From: Octopus sinensis
Lineage: Eukaryota
DNA length: 64,000 bases
Direction: 5' to 3'
NCBI RefSeq assembly: GCF_006345805.1
Contig: NC_043007.1
Coordinates: 1,240,001-1,304,000, forward strand
This document shows positions 48,738 through 61,505 of the stretch, one piece after another (the first letter of the stretch is position 1; each line of letters opens with the position of its first letter). A model generated the notes under the pieces. That model saw only the letters and a program-made list of their open reading frames with translations. It had not been told where the DNA came from and ran no database searches. The position numbers and the translations under genes were made by a program.

Positions 48738-51700
48738 GGAGTACGATGAAATAGACAGAGAGAGAATAAAAACAAACTTGTTGATTTAGCGGTCAATCAT
48801 GGCGTGTGTGTGTACCTCTACACACACTCAAACGCACACACGCACGCACGCACGCACGCACAAACACGCACATACACGCACAAACACACAGAAAGGAACA
48901 CGAGGTAATATACAACGAGAGAATAAAAAAGTTTTAGGGGCTAGCGGTCAATCATGGCACTGCCCCTTTATCGAGTTTTACCTCGGACACAAAAGAAAGG
49001 TCTTTATTTTCTTCATAGCTGTAACCATTGATACAGCTTAATGTGTGATTGGTTCCATCACCAGTCAAACTAAAGATATGTATATGACAAGCTCCGTATT
49101 GGATATTATGAGTGTCGTTGTTCTCATAACCGTATTCGTATAACTGTGTGATATTCAGTTCGGCACATTTTGATTTGGGTACAAATCCTGAAAATAAATA
49201 TAAATTTTATGTGTAAGAATATGCATTGATACATGTTGTGCAGTTAAATGCAGTCTGTGTAATTAAAAACATAGATTATTAAGAAATAATAAGAGATAAT
49301 TAAGAAGTAATAGACATTTTTTAAAATTGGAAAAGACGGAAAAGGCATTGTGCATAGCGAGTGTATTTAGAGCGAAAATGTTTTAATAAACAGAATGAGG
49401 CTTTAAATATTGAAAACAGATTTATCAAAATAGGAAATAATTCTAATTTGGCTTGCATTTGTATGAATCCGTAAATGCTTTGTTTACCGATTTCTAAATC
49501 GGAACAGTCTTTGAAAGTTCAGGGAATTCATCACTGAGGAGACTAACTTAAGTCGAAACACCGTGACTTGTGATTCACTGTCGATCTGAGCGAGGCTCTA
49601 TGTCCTTAACACAAAGGTCTCTTTAAGCAGTTTCTCCGAAACAAACGTAAACTGATATAGTTCATACCGTTCTACGCTTGTATACACATTATATATACAT
49701 ATACACACCGGTATTTTAGTCTAAGTTTGATTCAAATGCATACTATTAATGTAAAGGAATTTTTTTTCTGTTGTAGTGAAAATTGGTAGACAATTAATTC
49801 AAGTTTGATTGCTTTTAGTTCAAGTAAATTTTCTGTATTATTGTAAAAACTCCCTGGGTTTGACTGTTTGTTATGCAATTTCTATCGGTGTGAGAAAATG
49901 CTCAAACTTTTTGAATAAAATTGAGTACAGTAATAAATGTGGACATGCTTCCAGTACAAAGGCAATCACTGTGACAACGTTATAAAGAACACGATGTCGA
50001 AGGAAATTAGATGGAACGGTGTCCAATGTTTTCACATCATGCAGGTGATTACTGCATCGTTACTAGAAACAACTTTATCTGGATACCACTTCCATCAAAC
50101 AAAGAACAGCTGATCAGACAAAAAACAATAAAAAGAAGTATTTTAAGTATATTCGGCGACGCAGGAATCACAAACACGGGCATTAATATATGACATCGAT
50201 TGACTACGAAAGTGAGGCTGCAAGGAACGAGTGCCACAAAACAATTATACCGTATATTGGGTAAGTGATGTTATTTAAAATGACGGCGATAATCTCTCTC
50301 TATATAAAGCTGAAGTTGTCTGTGTATGGCAGGTTTGGTAGCCTTCAACTAACACTATCTCCTCCGAGACTCTTTAGCGCAAGTTGACCAAAATTAAGAG
50401 TATGATAGAAGAATGCCTGCTCTTCATTCTGTAGAAGAAGAAGTTGAAATCGGACCATGTTAACGCCAAAAATTATTTTCAATCAAAAAGGTGCTTTTTT
50501 TCTATGAAAATCCCTATTTTTTACGATTTTTGACTGCCGTGTCGCCATTTTTCGGTGCATTTCAACCAGAAAAATGTTCACTTAAAGAAAATAACAAGCT
50601 ATATAATGCATAATTTTTACTTTTCAAAAATTCCAATTCTAAAGGGTGGAAACAAACCCAAACAACGCCGGGCGATACTGCTAGTATTAATAATGATGGT
50701 GACTTTAATATGACCGTTGAAGTTAACAATAATATTGAAATTATTGCAGAGAGTATCAGAACCTAATATCCTGAAGTGTTATGTTTTAAAGTATGTTGAC
50801 TATGCTCTTAGAATGCAGTTACATTTTGTAGAAACTGAACAAGAAGTTGACGATACATGGGTCATGAAAAGCTTAGGAACTCTGAGAGCACAGTTGAAAG
50901 TTACTCTTGAAACGTAGTCTTTTAGAAAGCCTCTGTTGAATACTAATGTAGATTAAAAGAAGCAATAAAAAATATGGCCTTTCAATATCTAATGATATAG
51001 ATGAATTAAATGATGTTCTACCATTTACATACACATTTTAGAAAATGCGCAGTTAAATAAACAATGTAGTTTTTAGAAAAAAAAAGTCGCCATCATTGAA
51101 AAGTAAATTAAAATGATGAATAGATACGCAACCTGGCGAAGTAAATAATATATCCCAGATGACAGGAAACTCAGAGTGGTAATTTCAAACACGTGAATGC
51201 TTAATGGATAAAACATACATCTTAAATGATTAAGAAGGTTTACGATCAGAAACCACGCCTCAGACAAGTTGCAAGCCGCCCCATTTGGCTCCGCTGATGT
51301 GCGGTCTCGTAATCTCTTGATAATCTTCCACTAATGACAATAATGTAGATTTTATTTCTCTAAAACAGAAAGGGCGCATGCTCAAACTGTACAGGACAAT
51401 CGCCCTATTTCATGTTAACAAGATGGTACTGGATGATGCCAAGGTACCAAAAAAGACCCAGTCATATGCCTGAATCTACTACAAATAAGGTCTTTGGTTG
51501 GGTACCATGTGACAGACTTATAAAAAAAAGGCTTGAATAGCATCGTTCTAAGTTCAAATTCCGCCGAGGTCGACTTTGCCTTTCATCCTTTCGGGGTCGA
51601 TTAAATAGGGACCAGTTACGCACTTGGGCCGATCTTATCGACTTAATCCCTTTGTCTGTCCTTGTTTGTCCCCTCTATGCTTAGCCCCTTGTGGGCAATA

Positions 51701-51974
51701 AAGAAATAAAATTATCTATTATTGTCTTGATATATCTTGTAAATGAGTTTGCTTCCATAACCTCACAAGTGTGGTTAAAGTAAGAACCAATCTGCCAACA
51801 AATGCTACTACCTAAATTCCATCATTATCATAAAATACAGGTAGCATCAACTGTATGTTAAGTAAGTTTTGTTGGAAATTTTTCGCTTCAGGTGTATGAT
51901 TTTGGATATGTGTCTATATAACTGGCGACTCAATGCCATTTTTTTATATCCTTTTATTATTTTACTCTTCTACT

Positions 51975-52485
51975 GGTTTCAACTAGAGGCTGGGGCCATA
52001 CTGGAATGAGTTGGGCGAAGTTGTTCTTCTTTGTGCCTCCTGCTGCCATGTAAGTTCATCTGGGATTTCAGATAGAAATTTGTTCCGCTACTTTTTGTAG
52101 GTTTCCGCATTATCACCCGCAATTCTTTGAGGTTTTCTGGCAGGATGTTAAACGGTTGTGGACCTCTTAAATCCAAGTTGTTTGCAAAGCTGGGTTCTTA
52201 TCTGAGATGAAGAAGGCAAGATCTTTGGTATTATGCAATGCTGCCCAGTTCCGTGGTCTGTATAGCTTTTAATTCCAAAGTTGGGTACTAGATCTTGTAA
52301 GATCTTCCATATGTATATCACTGCATACTTTTCTTGCCTTCTCTCCAGGAAGTAGAGTTACAATTCTAGTAGTTTCTCCCTGTAGCTCATCTGTTTCTCC
52401 GAGTCAATCTTCTTTGTGTAGTGGCGCTTGATTGCCTCAAGTTCCGCCATCAATTTGATGCACTGCGATGACCACATACTTAAAG
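51975..52485 (-). mobile_element. CR1/L2-type LINE RT C-terminal remnant
   Basis: VWSSQ...LEAIKRHYTKKI...MSYREKLLEL*L..LERRQEKYAVIYIWKILQDLVPNFGI. Confidence 0.8.
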
Positions 52486-52799
52486 TGTTTTACATTCAGA
52501 GCTAGCTGAAGTCATTCGCATCTCGAACATTCGCGCTGGGATGGGGACAACACGTGCTTGTGGGCGTTATATGTTTGAGGGCACTACGTCACGTGTTTGG
52601 TATATTCCATGCAATACAAAAGAAAAATTGTGAAGATAATAAATAAAATAAAGCATCAAATTTTTATATCTAATAAACTGTAATAAATATTTCGTTTCGT
52701 ATTTGATTTGCAGGATTCTTGATGTGAGCTCGTGAACTGAAACATGTTTTGTTGTATTTCGTGGGTGCCATTATGCCAATAACAATAATAAACACACGC

Positions 52800-55230
52800 A
52801 CTGGTTATAATTCACTTCTTTATTGTTCTAGGTAACAATGTTGTGAAAGAAAGTGTCTTGTTTTGTTCATCACCTTTTAAATCTTCGTCTTGCAGATTTT
52901 TATAGTCTCAGATATCGTGATCGTTTGTAGTATATGAATTACAGATTTGCGTTCTCTCTGCAATAACCCTAGTTCGACCACACTTTCATCTAGACATGTT
53001 GGTACGTATCCTGTTGTTCCAAGAATAATGAGTATGAAGCTGAAAGTGTATCTTCGGTGCAAAATTTGGAAACTCCTTATCAAGGATCCTGTATTTTTCC
53101 AACCACACTGGGGCAGCTGATTTCCGCAATAGAGTATATATTTTCTTTGTGATCCTCCACAACAATACCTGGCCGGTTGAGTTTTAACTTGGTGGCTGTT
53201 TTGATTTTTAAGTGCCATCAATATTCTTTCGACCTATCGGTCTCAATATACGAGGTATCTGACCTTTGACCCAAAAGAGTATCCGACCTTTGACCAAAAA
53301 ACAAGTGATATTTAAAAACTCGCCATTTTGATTTAGCTTCCTTCAAAGTATTCGCCTTGGGAGTCTACACATTTTCTGCCAGCGTTCCTTCCATGCAGGA
53401 AATATTTCTGAAAATCATTTTTGGGGATGCTGTAGAGCTGTACCGTCGTATTTTGCTTAATGTCCTCTGTTGACTCCAATATTCTTCTTTTGAATGTTTT
53501 GTTTTTGAGCATTGGGAATAGCCAAAAGTCACATGAAACCAAATCTGGGGAATAGGAAGCTTGACGGACAAGTTGTGTGCTTTGCTTGACGAAGAATCCT
53601 TGGACGACGTAGGCGGAATGAGCTGACTGAACTGACCCATGGCTGATTCCAACTTCGGCCACAATCTCCTCAATAGTCACACGACAGCCTTCATAGACCA
53701 TTCCTTGAACCTTGGCAATCATTTTGTCTTTTCTACTAGTTGATGATCTGCCATACCTTGGCTCACTGTCCAGTAAGGTGCGGCCATCTTTGAACCGGTT
53801 CTACCTCTCCTTTATTTGTGTTTATCCCACAGCATCATCTCCAAAGGCCTTCTGAATCTTCTCAATATTCTGGCTTTGCGTAAAACCAAGTTTTTGGCAG
53901 AATTTGATACAATGTCTTTGCCCAAGGCGATCGGTCGTCTTGACTAAAAAAGAAAAAAACGCACAGCACACTCTTCACGCCTGTACTCAATGCGTCAGTG
54001 CGGGCAAATGGCGCAACCCACGGACACGAAAGTTTTTGCGCATGCTCAAGGATGTAGCTTAAAGGCGGCGAGCTGGCAGAAACGTTAGCACGCCGGGCGA
54101 AATGCGTAGCCGTATTTCGTCTGCCGTTACGTTGTGAGTTCAAATTCCGCTGAGGTCGACTTTGCCTTTCATCCTTTCGGAGTCGATTAAATTAAGTACC
54201 AGTTGCGCACTGGGGTCGATATAATCGACTTAATACCTATGTCTGTCCTTGTTTGTCCCCTCTATGTTTAGCTCCTTGTGGGTAATAAAGAAATAGGTAT
54301 TTCGTCTGTCTTTATGTTCTGAGTTCAAATTCCACCGAGGTCGACTTTGCCTTTCATCCTTTCGGGGTCGATTAAATAAGTACCAGTTACGCACTGGGGT
54401 AGATATAATAGACTTAATACCTATGTCTGTCCTTGTTTGTCCCCTCTATGTTTAGCTCCTTGTGGGCAATAAAGAAGTAAGAAGGACGCGGCCACCTAAC
54501 ACCCATGCAGATTTTACTCACGCATTATTATTTTGTGCAAAAAAAATCAAGATCGGATACTTGTTGACCACACCTAGTTGTCATCTATCGGTGTTTTTTT
54601 TTTTACTAATTCCGTCCCAGATTACTCTGACCCCTGCATCATGCTTCATGGCAACATGATATCTAAAGACATTCTCTCGCGGATGGCAATAATGTGGTTG
54701 ATGTCTTCAGTTTTAGTTTTTCAACGCCAGCATTTGTTGTCTGCTTATGTTTTCTGCCTTTTATGCAGTAGATACTTGGTGGGGATCTCATGCTATAGAA
54801 TTGCATGTAGGTCATAAATTTGTCTGCACTCCATACCACCGATTTGACACGACGAACTCTTATGGTTTCTGCTTTCTTTTCGCACTAAGTACCCACGTAA
54901 TATATTCCCAGTGGAACAGTTCTTTGTTTATTATCTTGTTCTTCTGATAGATAGGTTCCACCAACGCTCCTTGGAGAGAAAGCTGTATCAGCTCTTATTT
55001 CATGCCCCACCTAATGTTCATTAACTATCCTAGTTATATTGTTGATTTCATGGCCACAAATTTGCGCACGGTAGTTACTGGTCTCTTTTCTCTGCTGCAG
55101 ATGTTGTTTCAGTGTAACCACATGTGTGATACCATTTGTATGATATCAATATAAATTCGAAACCACGGCCATCATCCTTGCCCGGGAAACATAGACTGTC
55201 AGCATTTCCATTGATGTTGAACTTTGCACG
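52800..55230 (-). mobile_element. Old RLE-type (R4-like) LINE remnant split by a mariner and a SINE
   Basis: 54600-55230 gives decayed ADSLCFPGKDDGRGF (cf. DRLY.PRKEGGRGL) and EDINHII; 52870-53225 gives NRPGIVV, AEISCP, FILIILGTTGYVP...IKICK. Confidence 0.7.
53251..54577 (-). mobile_element. Mariner element, internally deleted, with a SINE dimer (54061-54478) in its 5' region
   Basis: Degenerate TIRs CGAGG..AAAAGAGTATCCGACC and GATCGGATACTTGTTGACCACACCTAG; RVTIEEI, SYSPDLVSCDFWLF, QGEYFEG. Confidence 0.8.
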
Positions 55231-55269
55231 TATGTATGCATCTGTGTATGTAAGTATGTATGTCATTAT

Positions 55270-56630
55270 TCAGTTTATTTCAAGATTTCTTGCCAATAGC
55301 GAAGAACTCAAAGTGCAATTGCAGCAGGCACAAGCAAATACTATGCAAGAGGCACTGTTTAGAGCTCTAGAATTTGAGTTGCATATAAGGACTAGCACAG
55401 GAAGCTTCCATATGGGCTACATTTCAGTTCAGTATTCAAAGCAAGGAAGGGTAAGTACGTGAAGCAGGGAGACTTAAGGTTATTGGTACTGCGAGAAGTC
55501 AGGGCATAAAAGCGGGGGCCGTTTAAAGAGAAAAAGAGAAGAAAGAACAAGGTATGGTTGGAAGAAGTTGCTGGCACTATGGGAAGCCAGGACACAAAAA
55601 GCAACAAGATGGTTACAGCTTGAAAAGAGAACAAAAGAAGGACGGTAGTAGAAAGTTCACCCTTAGGAAAGAGTGCCGGACATGTGATGAATAGGGAACT
55701 CTGAGTTTTGACTCTTCTACAAGAAAGAAGAGTAAGAAGATGACAACAGAAGATGAAGGAGAGCCGGGAAACTAGAATGGGCAATAGCCAGCCGAAATTT
55801 CAAAGAAGCCCCACCTCAGAGAAGATATAAAAGGGCTGTTATTGACAAGTGGATGAGAGGATTGATGGTCAGAAGTGTCCTCTTGTGATTGTTTCGGCCT
55901 CGGAGAAGACTTTAGTGAGACCTGAGGTGTTACAGCATCGAGACCTACCAGAGTCATCACAGCAGATGTGTGGTGTTACCGGATGCTGTACTGAACTGAA
56001 GAGACCGGTTGATGTCCTGACTAAAGTTGCAGGGCGAGAGGTCACGCTTCCTGTCTACATGGTGATGGAGGATGCTTGTCTATTGGATCTGGACTACTTG
56101 CCGTCCATGAGGTATCAACTGGAGTTCTGCTCCGTGAAGCTTTGGGTGCAAGGAAAATCAGTTCCTGTCAAGATGGTAAAGCGGACCACTGATGGTGGTG
56201 AGGTGAGAGCGTTACGGACGACAGTGACCCCATCGAGTTCGGAAATACAGCTTCAGTGTAGTGTTAGTGACTCATTTGATGGTTGTCTGGGGATATTGGA
56301 ACTCAACAGACACTGCAAAAGGAAATCTAGAGTGACGATAGGACGAACCCTGGTGAAGACAGATGCTGATGAAGTGCTTGTTGTGATAGCTAACTTCTCA
56401 TGGGAGGCGCAGAAGATTCGCAAAGGATACATTGTAGGGCTGTGCCAGGCAGTGGACCAGGAGCAGTGTCGGCTGCGTACCTGCAGAAAGAGTGCTATCG
56501 GTGGAAGTGGGGGTCTGTCAGACCTATTTGCACGGAGTTGTCAGTGCTTGGATGACACTCAGATGTTGCGGTTGAGCAGCTGCTAGTGAGTTGTGCTGAT
56601 GTGTTCGCTGCAGGAGGCCTAAACCTTGAT
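55270..56630 (+). mobile_element. Ty3/Gypsy LTR retrotransposon remnant (gag C-terminus, decayed zinc knuckle, protease, start of pol)
   Basis: LQQAQANTMQEALFRALEFE; YWYCEKSGH; protease-like IDGQKCPLVIVSASEKTLV...LLDLDYL. Confidence 0.75.
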
Positions 56631-57657
56631 TACACAGCTCTGGGGGAAGACAACGAAAATACTCAGCAAATTGTGGAAAATGCAATTCTTGATAAAAGAT
56701 TTGGCCAAGGGAGTTTCTGCTCAAAAACAAGAACAGATGAACTATTTACAGAAAGTCGTTGATGGCTTGATGGAAGATGCTGGCAAAGTAACCAGAAAAG
56801 AAGCAGACGATGTGAAACCTCTCTTAAATGTCAGGATTATAAAACTAAATGAAAAAGTCCGTTTCCTAGAAATGGAACGTCTTGAGAGAGAAGTCAATAT
56901 GGAAAGATGCCTGAAAATAAAAGAAACGTTGAGTCATAATTGCAAAAATGCCTTTCAAAACTTTGCAGAGGAAACGAAATTTTTAAAGAAGTCGAAGAAA
57001 AGATTACACATTGTTTAACAGAAGTGTTAAAATCTAAAGATACCCACGAGAGGAAGCTTGGCAAATGTAAACATCAACAGGAACGTAATTGGTAGAGTTT
57101 GAACCAGAAAACAGATGTTTTTAATGAAAGAAAATGAGAAACTAAAAGAGTAAGTATCTTCACTGAACAATGACGACAGCTGTCAGATAATAAATTTCAG
57201 CTGACCCAGGAAATTAACGAACTAAAGGCAAACAACGAAAAGGATGAGATACAGGGCAAATGCGTAAAAGAGTCGCTGTTATGAAAGAGGAAATGTCTTC
57301 CAACTCACAAGAATTTGAACTGAAACTGCAGAGTTTTGAAGAAGGAAATCATTTAGACTATGGTGGAATTGAAAAAGCTTCTTAATTCACAGAAAATAAT
57401 TAGCAGAAGATGGGAAAAAGACTGCAGCACAATCTGAAAGAAATACGATAAGAAAATAGCATAAATTCGATCTCAGGTGAAAAGTTACAAAACTCGCAAT
57501 TCTGAACTTTGCAAGAGTGTCAAATGAAGAAGACGAAGGGACTGGGGAAGACCAAGGAAAAGGGGCGCAAGAGCAAGACAGTCACCGTAAGGACTGAGGT
57601 TATAAATCTTGTATACTTTCGTCGGGTTGACAAAGGTATGGGTAGTGTTACGGAGGA

Positions 57658-58227
57658 AGGCGCTGAGCTGGCAGAAACGTTAGCACGCCGGGAGAAATGC
57701 TTAACGGTATTTCGTCTGCCGCTACGTTCTGAGTTCGAATTCCGCCGAGGTCGACTTTGCATTTCATCCTTTCGGGGTCGATCAAATAAGTACCAGTTGC
57801 GTACTGAGGTCGATGTAATCGACTTAATACTTATGTCTGTCCTTGTTTGTCCCCTCTGTGTTTAGCCCCTTGTGGGTAGTAAAGAAATAGATATTTCGTC
57901 TGCCGTTACGTTCTGAGTTCAAATTCCGCCGAGGTCGACTTTGCTTTTCATCCTTTCGGGGTCGATTAAATAAGTATCAATTACGCACTGGGGTCGATGT
58001 AATCGACTTAATCCGTTTGTCTGTCCTTGTTTGTCCTCTCTGTGGGTAGTAAAGAAATAGGTATTTCGTCTGCCGCTACGTTCTAAGTTCAAATTCCGCC
58101 GAGGTCGACTTTGCCTTTCATCCTTAAGTACCAGTTACACACTGGGGTCGATATAATCGACTTAATCCGTTTGTCTGTCCTTGTTTGTCCTCTCTGTGTT
58201 TACCCCCTTGTGGGTTGTAAAGAAATA
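57658..58227 (+). mobile_element. Tandem trimer of the GGCGGCGAGCTGGCAG SINE family with a 23-bp TSD; other copies at 701-783(-), 2860-3060(-), 23180-23555(-), 29570-29990, 33830-34080, 36550-36860, 45590-45710(-), 51545-51710, 54061-54478
   Basis: Head GCTGGCAGAAACGTTAGC, core GCCTTTCATCCTTTCGGGGTCGA; TSD GGTATGG(G/T)TAGTGTTACGGAGGA at 57635-57657 and 58228-58250. Confidence 0.85.
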
Positions 58228-58238
58228 GGTATGGTTAG

Positions 58239-59093
58239 TGTTACGGAGGAGAAATAACGTTATAGATCACGTGACTGATATGAAGCTGTTGCACGTTTTT
58301 GTGTGTCTTTGCTGTGAGGTGGATGGTTTGAAAATGGTGAAGGAACACGTGGTGTCAATTGTCAAAACAAAACAAAATAAAGCCCGGTGTCAATTGGTAA
58401 TGTAAAGAATGCGGTGTTAGTTGGCAACAAAAACAGTCAGTGTGAAGTTGGCAACGAAAGCAAACAGTGATTGTGAGTTTGGCAACGAAGACAGTCGGGG
58501 TAAAGACGCGATGTAACCAATCGAAGTGAACTCGGGCGACGAAGAACCACATTACACAAGACAAATGGCCAGGTACGATAACTTCCTTTCTAAGTAAGTT
58601 GGTTTGCTGGGCTGGTCTGCGGTTTCCTAGGTGCTGACTTGACAGTTGGAGCCGTGTCGGTGTCTGGAGAGGTCGCATTTTGCAACATTTGGTGTCAGAA
58701 GACATTCGGGGTAAAGATGCGATGTAACAAGTCGAAGTGAACTCGGGCGACGAAGAACCACTTTACACAAGACAAATAGCCGGCTATGACTTCTTTTTCT
58801 TCTCTGAGCAAGTTGGCTTGCTGGGCTGGCCCGTGGTTTCCTACCTACTGACTTGACAGTTGGAGCCATGTTGGTGTCAGGAGGCTGGATTTTGCAACGA
58901 TTTGTAAGTATTTTTGTATGTATACAATATCTGCCTGCAAACGTTTGATCCTTCAATGAATAGAGTTTTCAAATGCTTTTGTTAAACTGTAGACAAAGTT
59001 TGTTTTCATCCCCGACCCTTTACGACTGAACTGCCCTGTTTATGAGCTAAAGGAACCAAACCGTATTGGGCCAGCCAAGCTACTCAAATAACA
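58239..59093 (+). mobile_element. Putative LTR (TGTTA...TAACA) with an internal ~210 bp tandem duplication and a tRNA-Leu PBS-like motif at 58690-58701
   Basis: Inverted 5-bp termini, purine-rich tract upstream, and TGGTGTCAGAAG after ...GCAACA; the right boundary is ambiguous (58687 or 59093). Confidence 0.5.
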
Positions 59094-59363
59094 AGAATGA
59101 CGTAAAAATTGGTTAACCGTCAATCATCGCTATTCATCGCTGTTTCATGGCGGTATTGCTGTGTTTGTTATTGTTTGTTTGCTGTAGTATTTTGAGGTAT
59201 TTTTCTTTCTTTCAAAATTTGTTTGATATCTTTTACGATGGGATTTAAAGATAAACTGGATATTGACATTTGCTAAGTTAACAAAAAAACAATGACTCCG
59301 GGGAGACGATTACAAGAAGAAATTTAAAGCATTTCACTATATATATATGTTTTATATATATAA

Positions 59364-59400
<37 letters not shown>

Positions 59401-59496
59401 CATATATATACATATATGTATGTATATGTATATATATATATATATTATATATATATATATATAATATATATATATATATGTGTGTGTGTGTATGTA

Positions 59497-59567
<71 letters not shown>

Positions 59568-59654
59568 GTAAACTCACCCATGTGCTTCGTTGATGTCGAG
59601 CAGTTAGCTGATCGGCTTAAGCGGGGCAGGTCGTTGTTTATTTATAATACATTC

Positions 59655-59702
59655 AGGCCTGCTGATGAGTACGTAAGTATGAAATCACTGTGATACAGGT
59701 CT
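59655..59702 (+). ncRNA. Type I hammerhead ribozyme motif, apparently intact
   Basis: AGGCCUG-CUGAUGA-GUAC(GUAA)GUAU-GAAA-UCA(CUG)UGA-U-A^CAGGUCU: full core, 7-bp stem I, 4-bp stem II with GNRA loop, 4-bp stem III, AUA cleavage triplet. Confidence 0.85.
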
Positions 59703-59837
59703 ATATTTTTTAAATGTCTTACTTTGAAAAATTGCATTCGGTGGGATTAGTAATATTTTTGGTAGAAATGACTAATTGTCCCTCTTAGCGTTTGGCATGT
59801 ATGTATAATGCCTTCTGGCATGTATGTATATGCCCTC

Positions 59838-59881
<44 letters not shown>

Positions 59882-59954
59882 TGCATATGCATATACGTAT
59901 GTATGTATTATACATTCATACATTATATATATATAACGCATGTATGTATATTAT

Positions 59955-60373
59955 GGAGGAGTGGCTGTGTGGTAAGTAGCTTGCTAACCAACCACATGGT
60001 TCCGGGTTCAGTCCCACTGCGTGGCATCTTGGGCAAGTGTCTTCTGCTAAACCCCCGGGCCGACCAATGCCTTGTGAGTGGATTTGGTAGACGGAAACTG
60101 AAAGAAGCCCGTCGTATATATGTATATATATATATATATATATGTATATGTATGTGTGTGTGTTTGTGTGTCTGAGTTTGTCCCCCTAGCATTGCTTGAC
60201 AACCGATGCTGGTGTGTTTAGGTCCCCGTCACTGAGCGGTTCGGCAAAAGAGACCGATAGAATAAGTACTGGGCTTACAAAGAATAAGTCCCGGGGTCGA
60301 TTTGCTCGACTAAAGGCGGTGCTCCAGCATGGCCGCAGTCAAATGGCTGAAACAAGTAAAAGAGTAAAGAGAG
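59955..60373 (+). mobile_element. Full-length copy of the GTGGCTGTGTGGTAAG SINE family
   Basis: Colinear with 19209..19612. Confidence 0.85.
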
Positions 60374-60725
60374 ATACACTGCGTTTCAAACTATTAACAG
60401 CATAACATTTTCTTTTTTATCTAAAAAAAATATTCGTTGGAATTCAACGAAATTTCCATAGAATGATGGCAGAAGTTATATGCGCGTGGCGTATAAAAAA
60501 AAACGTGAGGTTTTGCCAGGGACAGCCCTAGGATTGTTGGTGCCCCGGGCAAGGTTGAACTTTTGCGTGTACAGCTGACTGTCGTAGAAATTTCCTTGTC
60601 TTTGTCACGCTCTCCTGCCCGAGTTGCCGGTACCTTGAGCTGGCTCTGGGTTTTGCACAAATGTAACAAGCCGCGGTCTTCAGTGTTCCAAATTATTAAC
60701 GAGTTGTCTGATAATCGTTTAATTA

Positions 60726-60900
60726 TGAATCGTAAATGTGACTTAAGTGCTCCAGAGAAATCTCTTATTACTTCTAAACTTGCAAAAGGTAAATGAACAT
60801 TAGAAATATCTAAAATAATTGTAAGATATCACCAAACTATGAAAAATGATGTTACAACTCCTACGACAAAAGACAAACGACTCCTATCCACACTTACGCC
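60726..60900 (+). mobile_element. Tc1-like transposase N-terminal (HTH) fragment
   Basis: MNRKCDLSAPEKSLITSKLAKGK*TLEISK resembles Tc1 N-termini. Confidence 0.45.
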
Positions 60901-61467
60901 TGGTAAATTAAATTTAGAGTGCATTGATTGTAACTAAAGATGTTTATTCAACCGTGTCAGCTTTAATTTCTCGGCGCAAAATATGCTGTCACGTGATACT
61001 AACGCACGGAAGTAGCGAGAAACGTAGAAGAGGTTCTAAACTTAATCACGTGTTCATTTTCTACAACCCTTGGCAGATAACATTCAGAGGATTGTTTTGG
61101 TACTGTCACTAGACGTATTCATTCAACCGTGTCAACCTCAACGTACGACACCAAACGCTATCACGTGATATTAACATACGGACGTAGCGGGGAACTTACA
61201 AGCATTTTTAAGACCAGTCATGTGACTATCCTCTACCAATCAAGTCTTACCCAAACATATTTGAACCATGTACTCCCCATAAAAATAGGACAAGCTTCAA
61301 ACATTAGTCACAAGCAAGGCTGTTGCGGTATAACCCACGTCTTTCTCTCTCAAGGATGCGGTGAATATATTGTATAAATCAGTGTAAACTGTGAAACCGG
61401 TTAAATCTTTAAATATAATAAAATAAATTTAAGTGTTCTTAGTGCATTTTCAACTTCTGTATTCTGC

Positions 61468-61505
<38 letters not shown>

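Noticed and set aside
50049-50237. Hydrophobic minus-strand ORF considered as the missing SLC22 first exon
   Set aside because: No SLC22 N-terminal motif, stops in all frames downstream and no suitable phase-0 donor.
57658-58227. Regularly repeated ~190-bp units resembling an array
   Set aside because: Tandem SINE copies with no unique spacers; not CRISPR-like.
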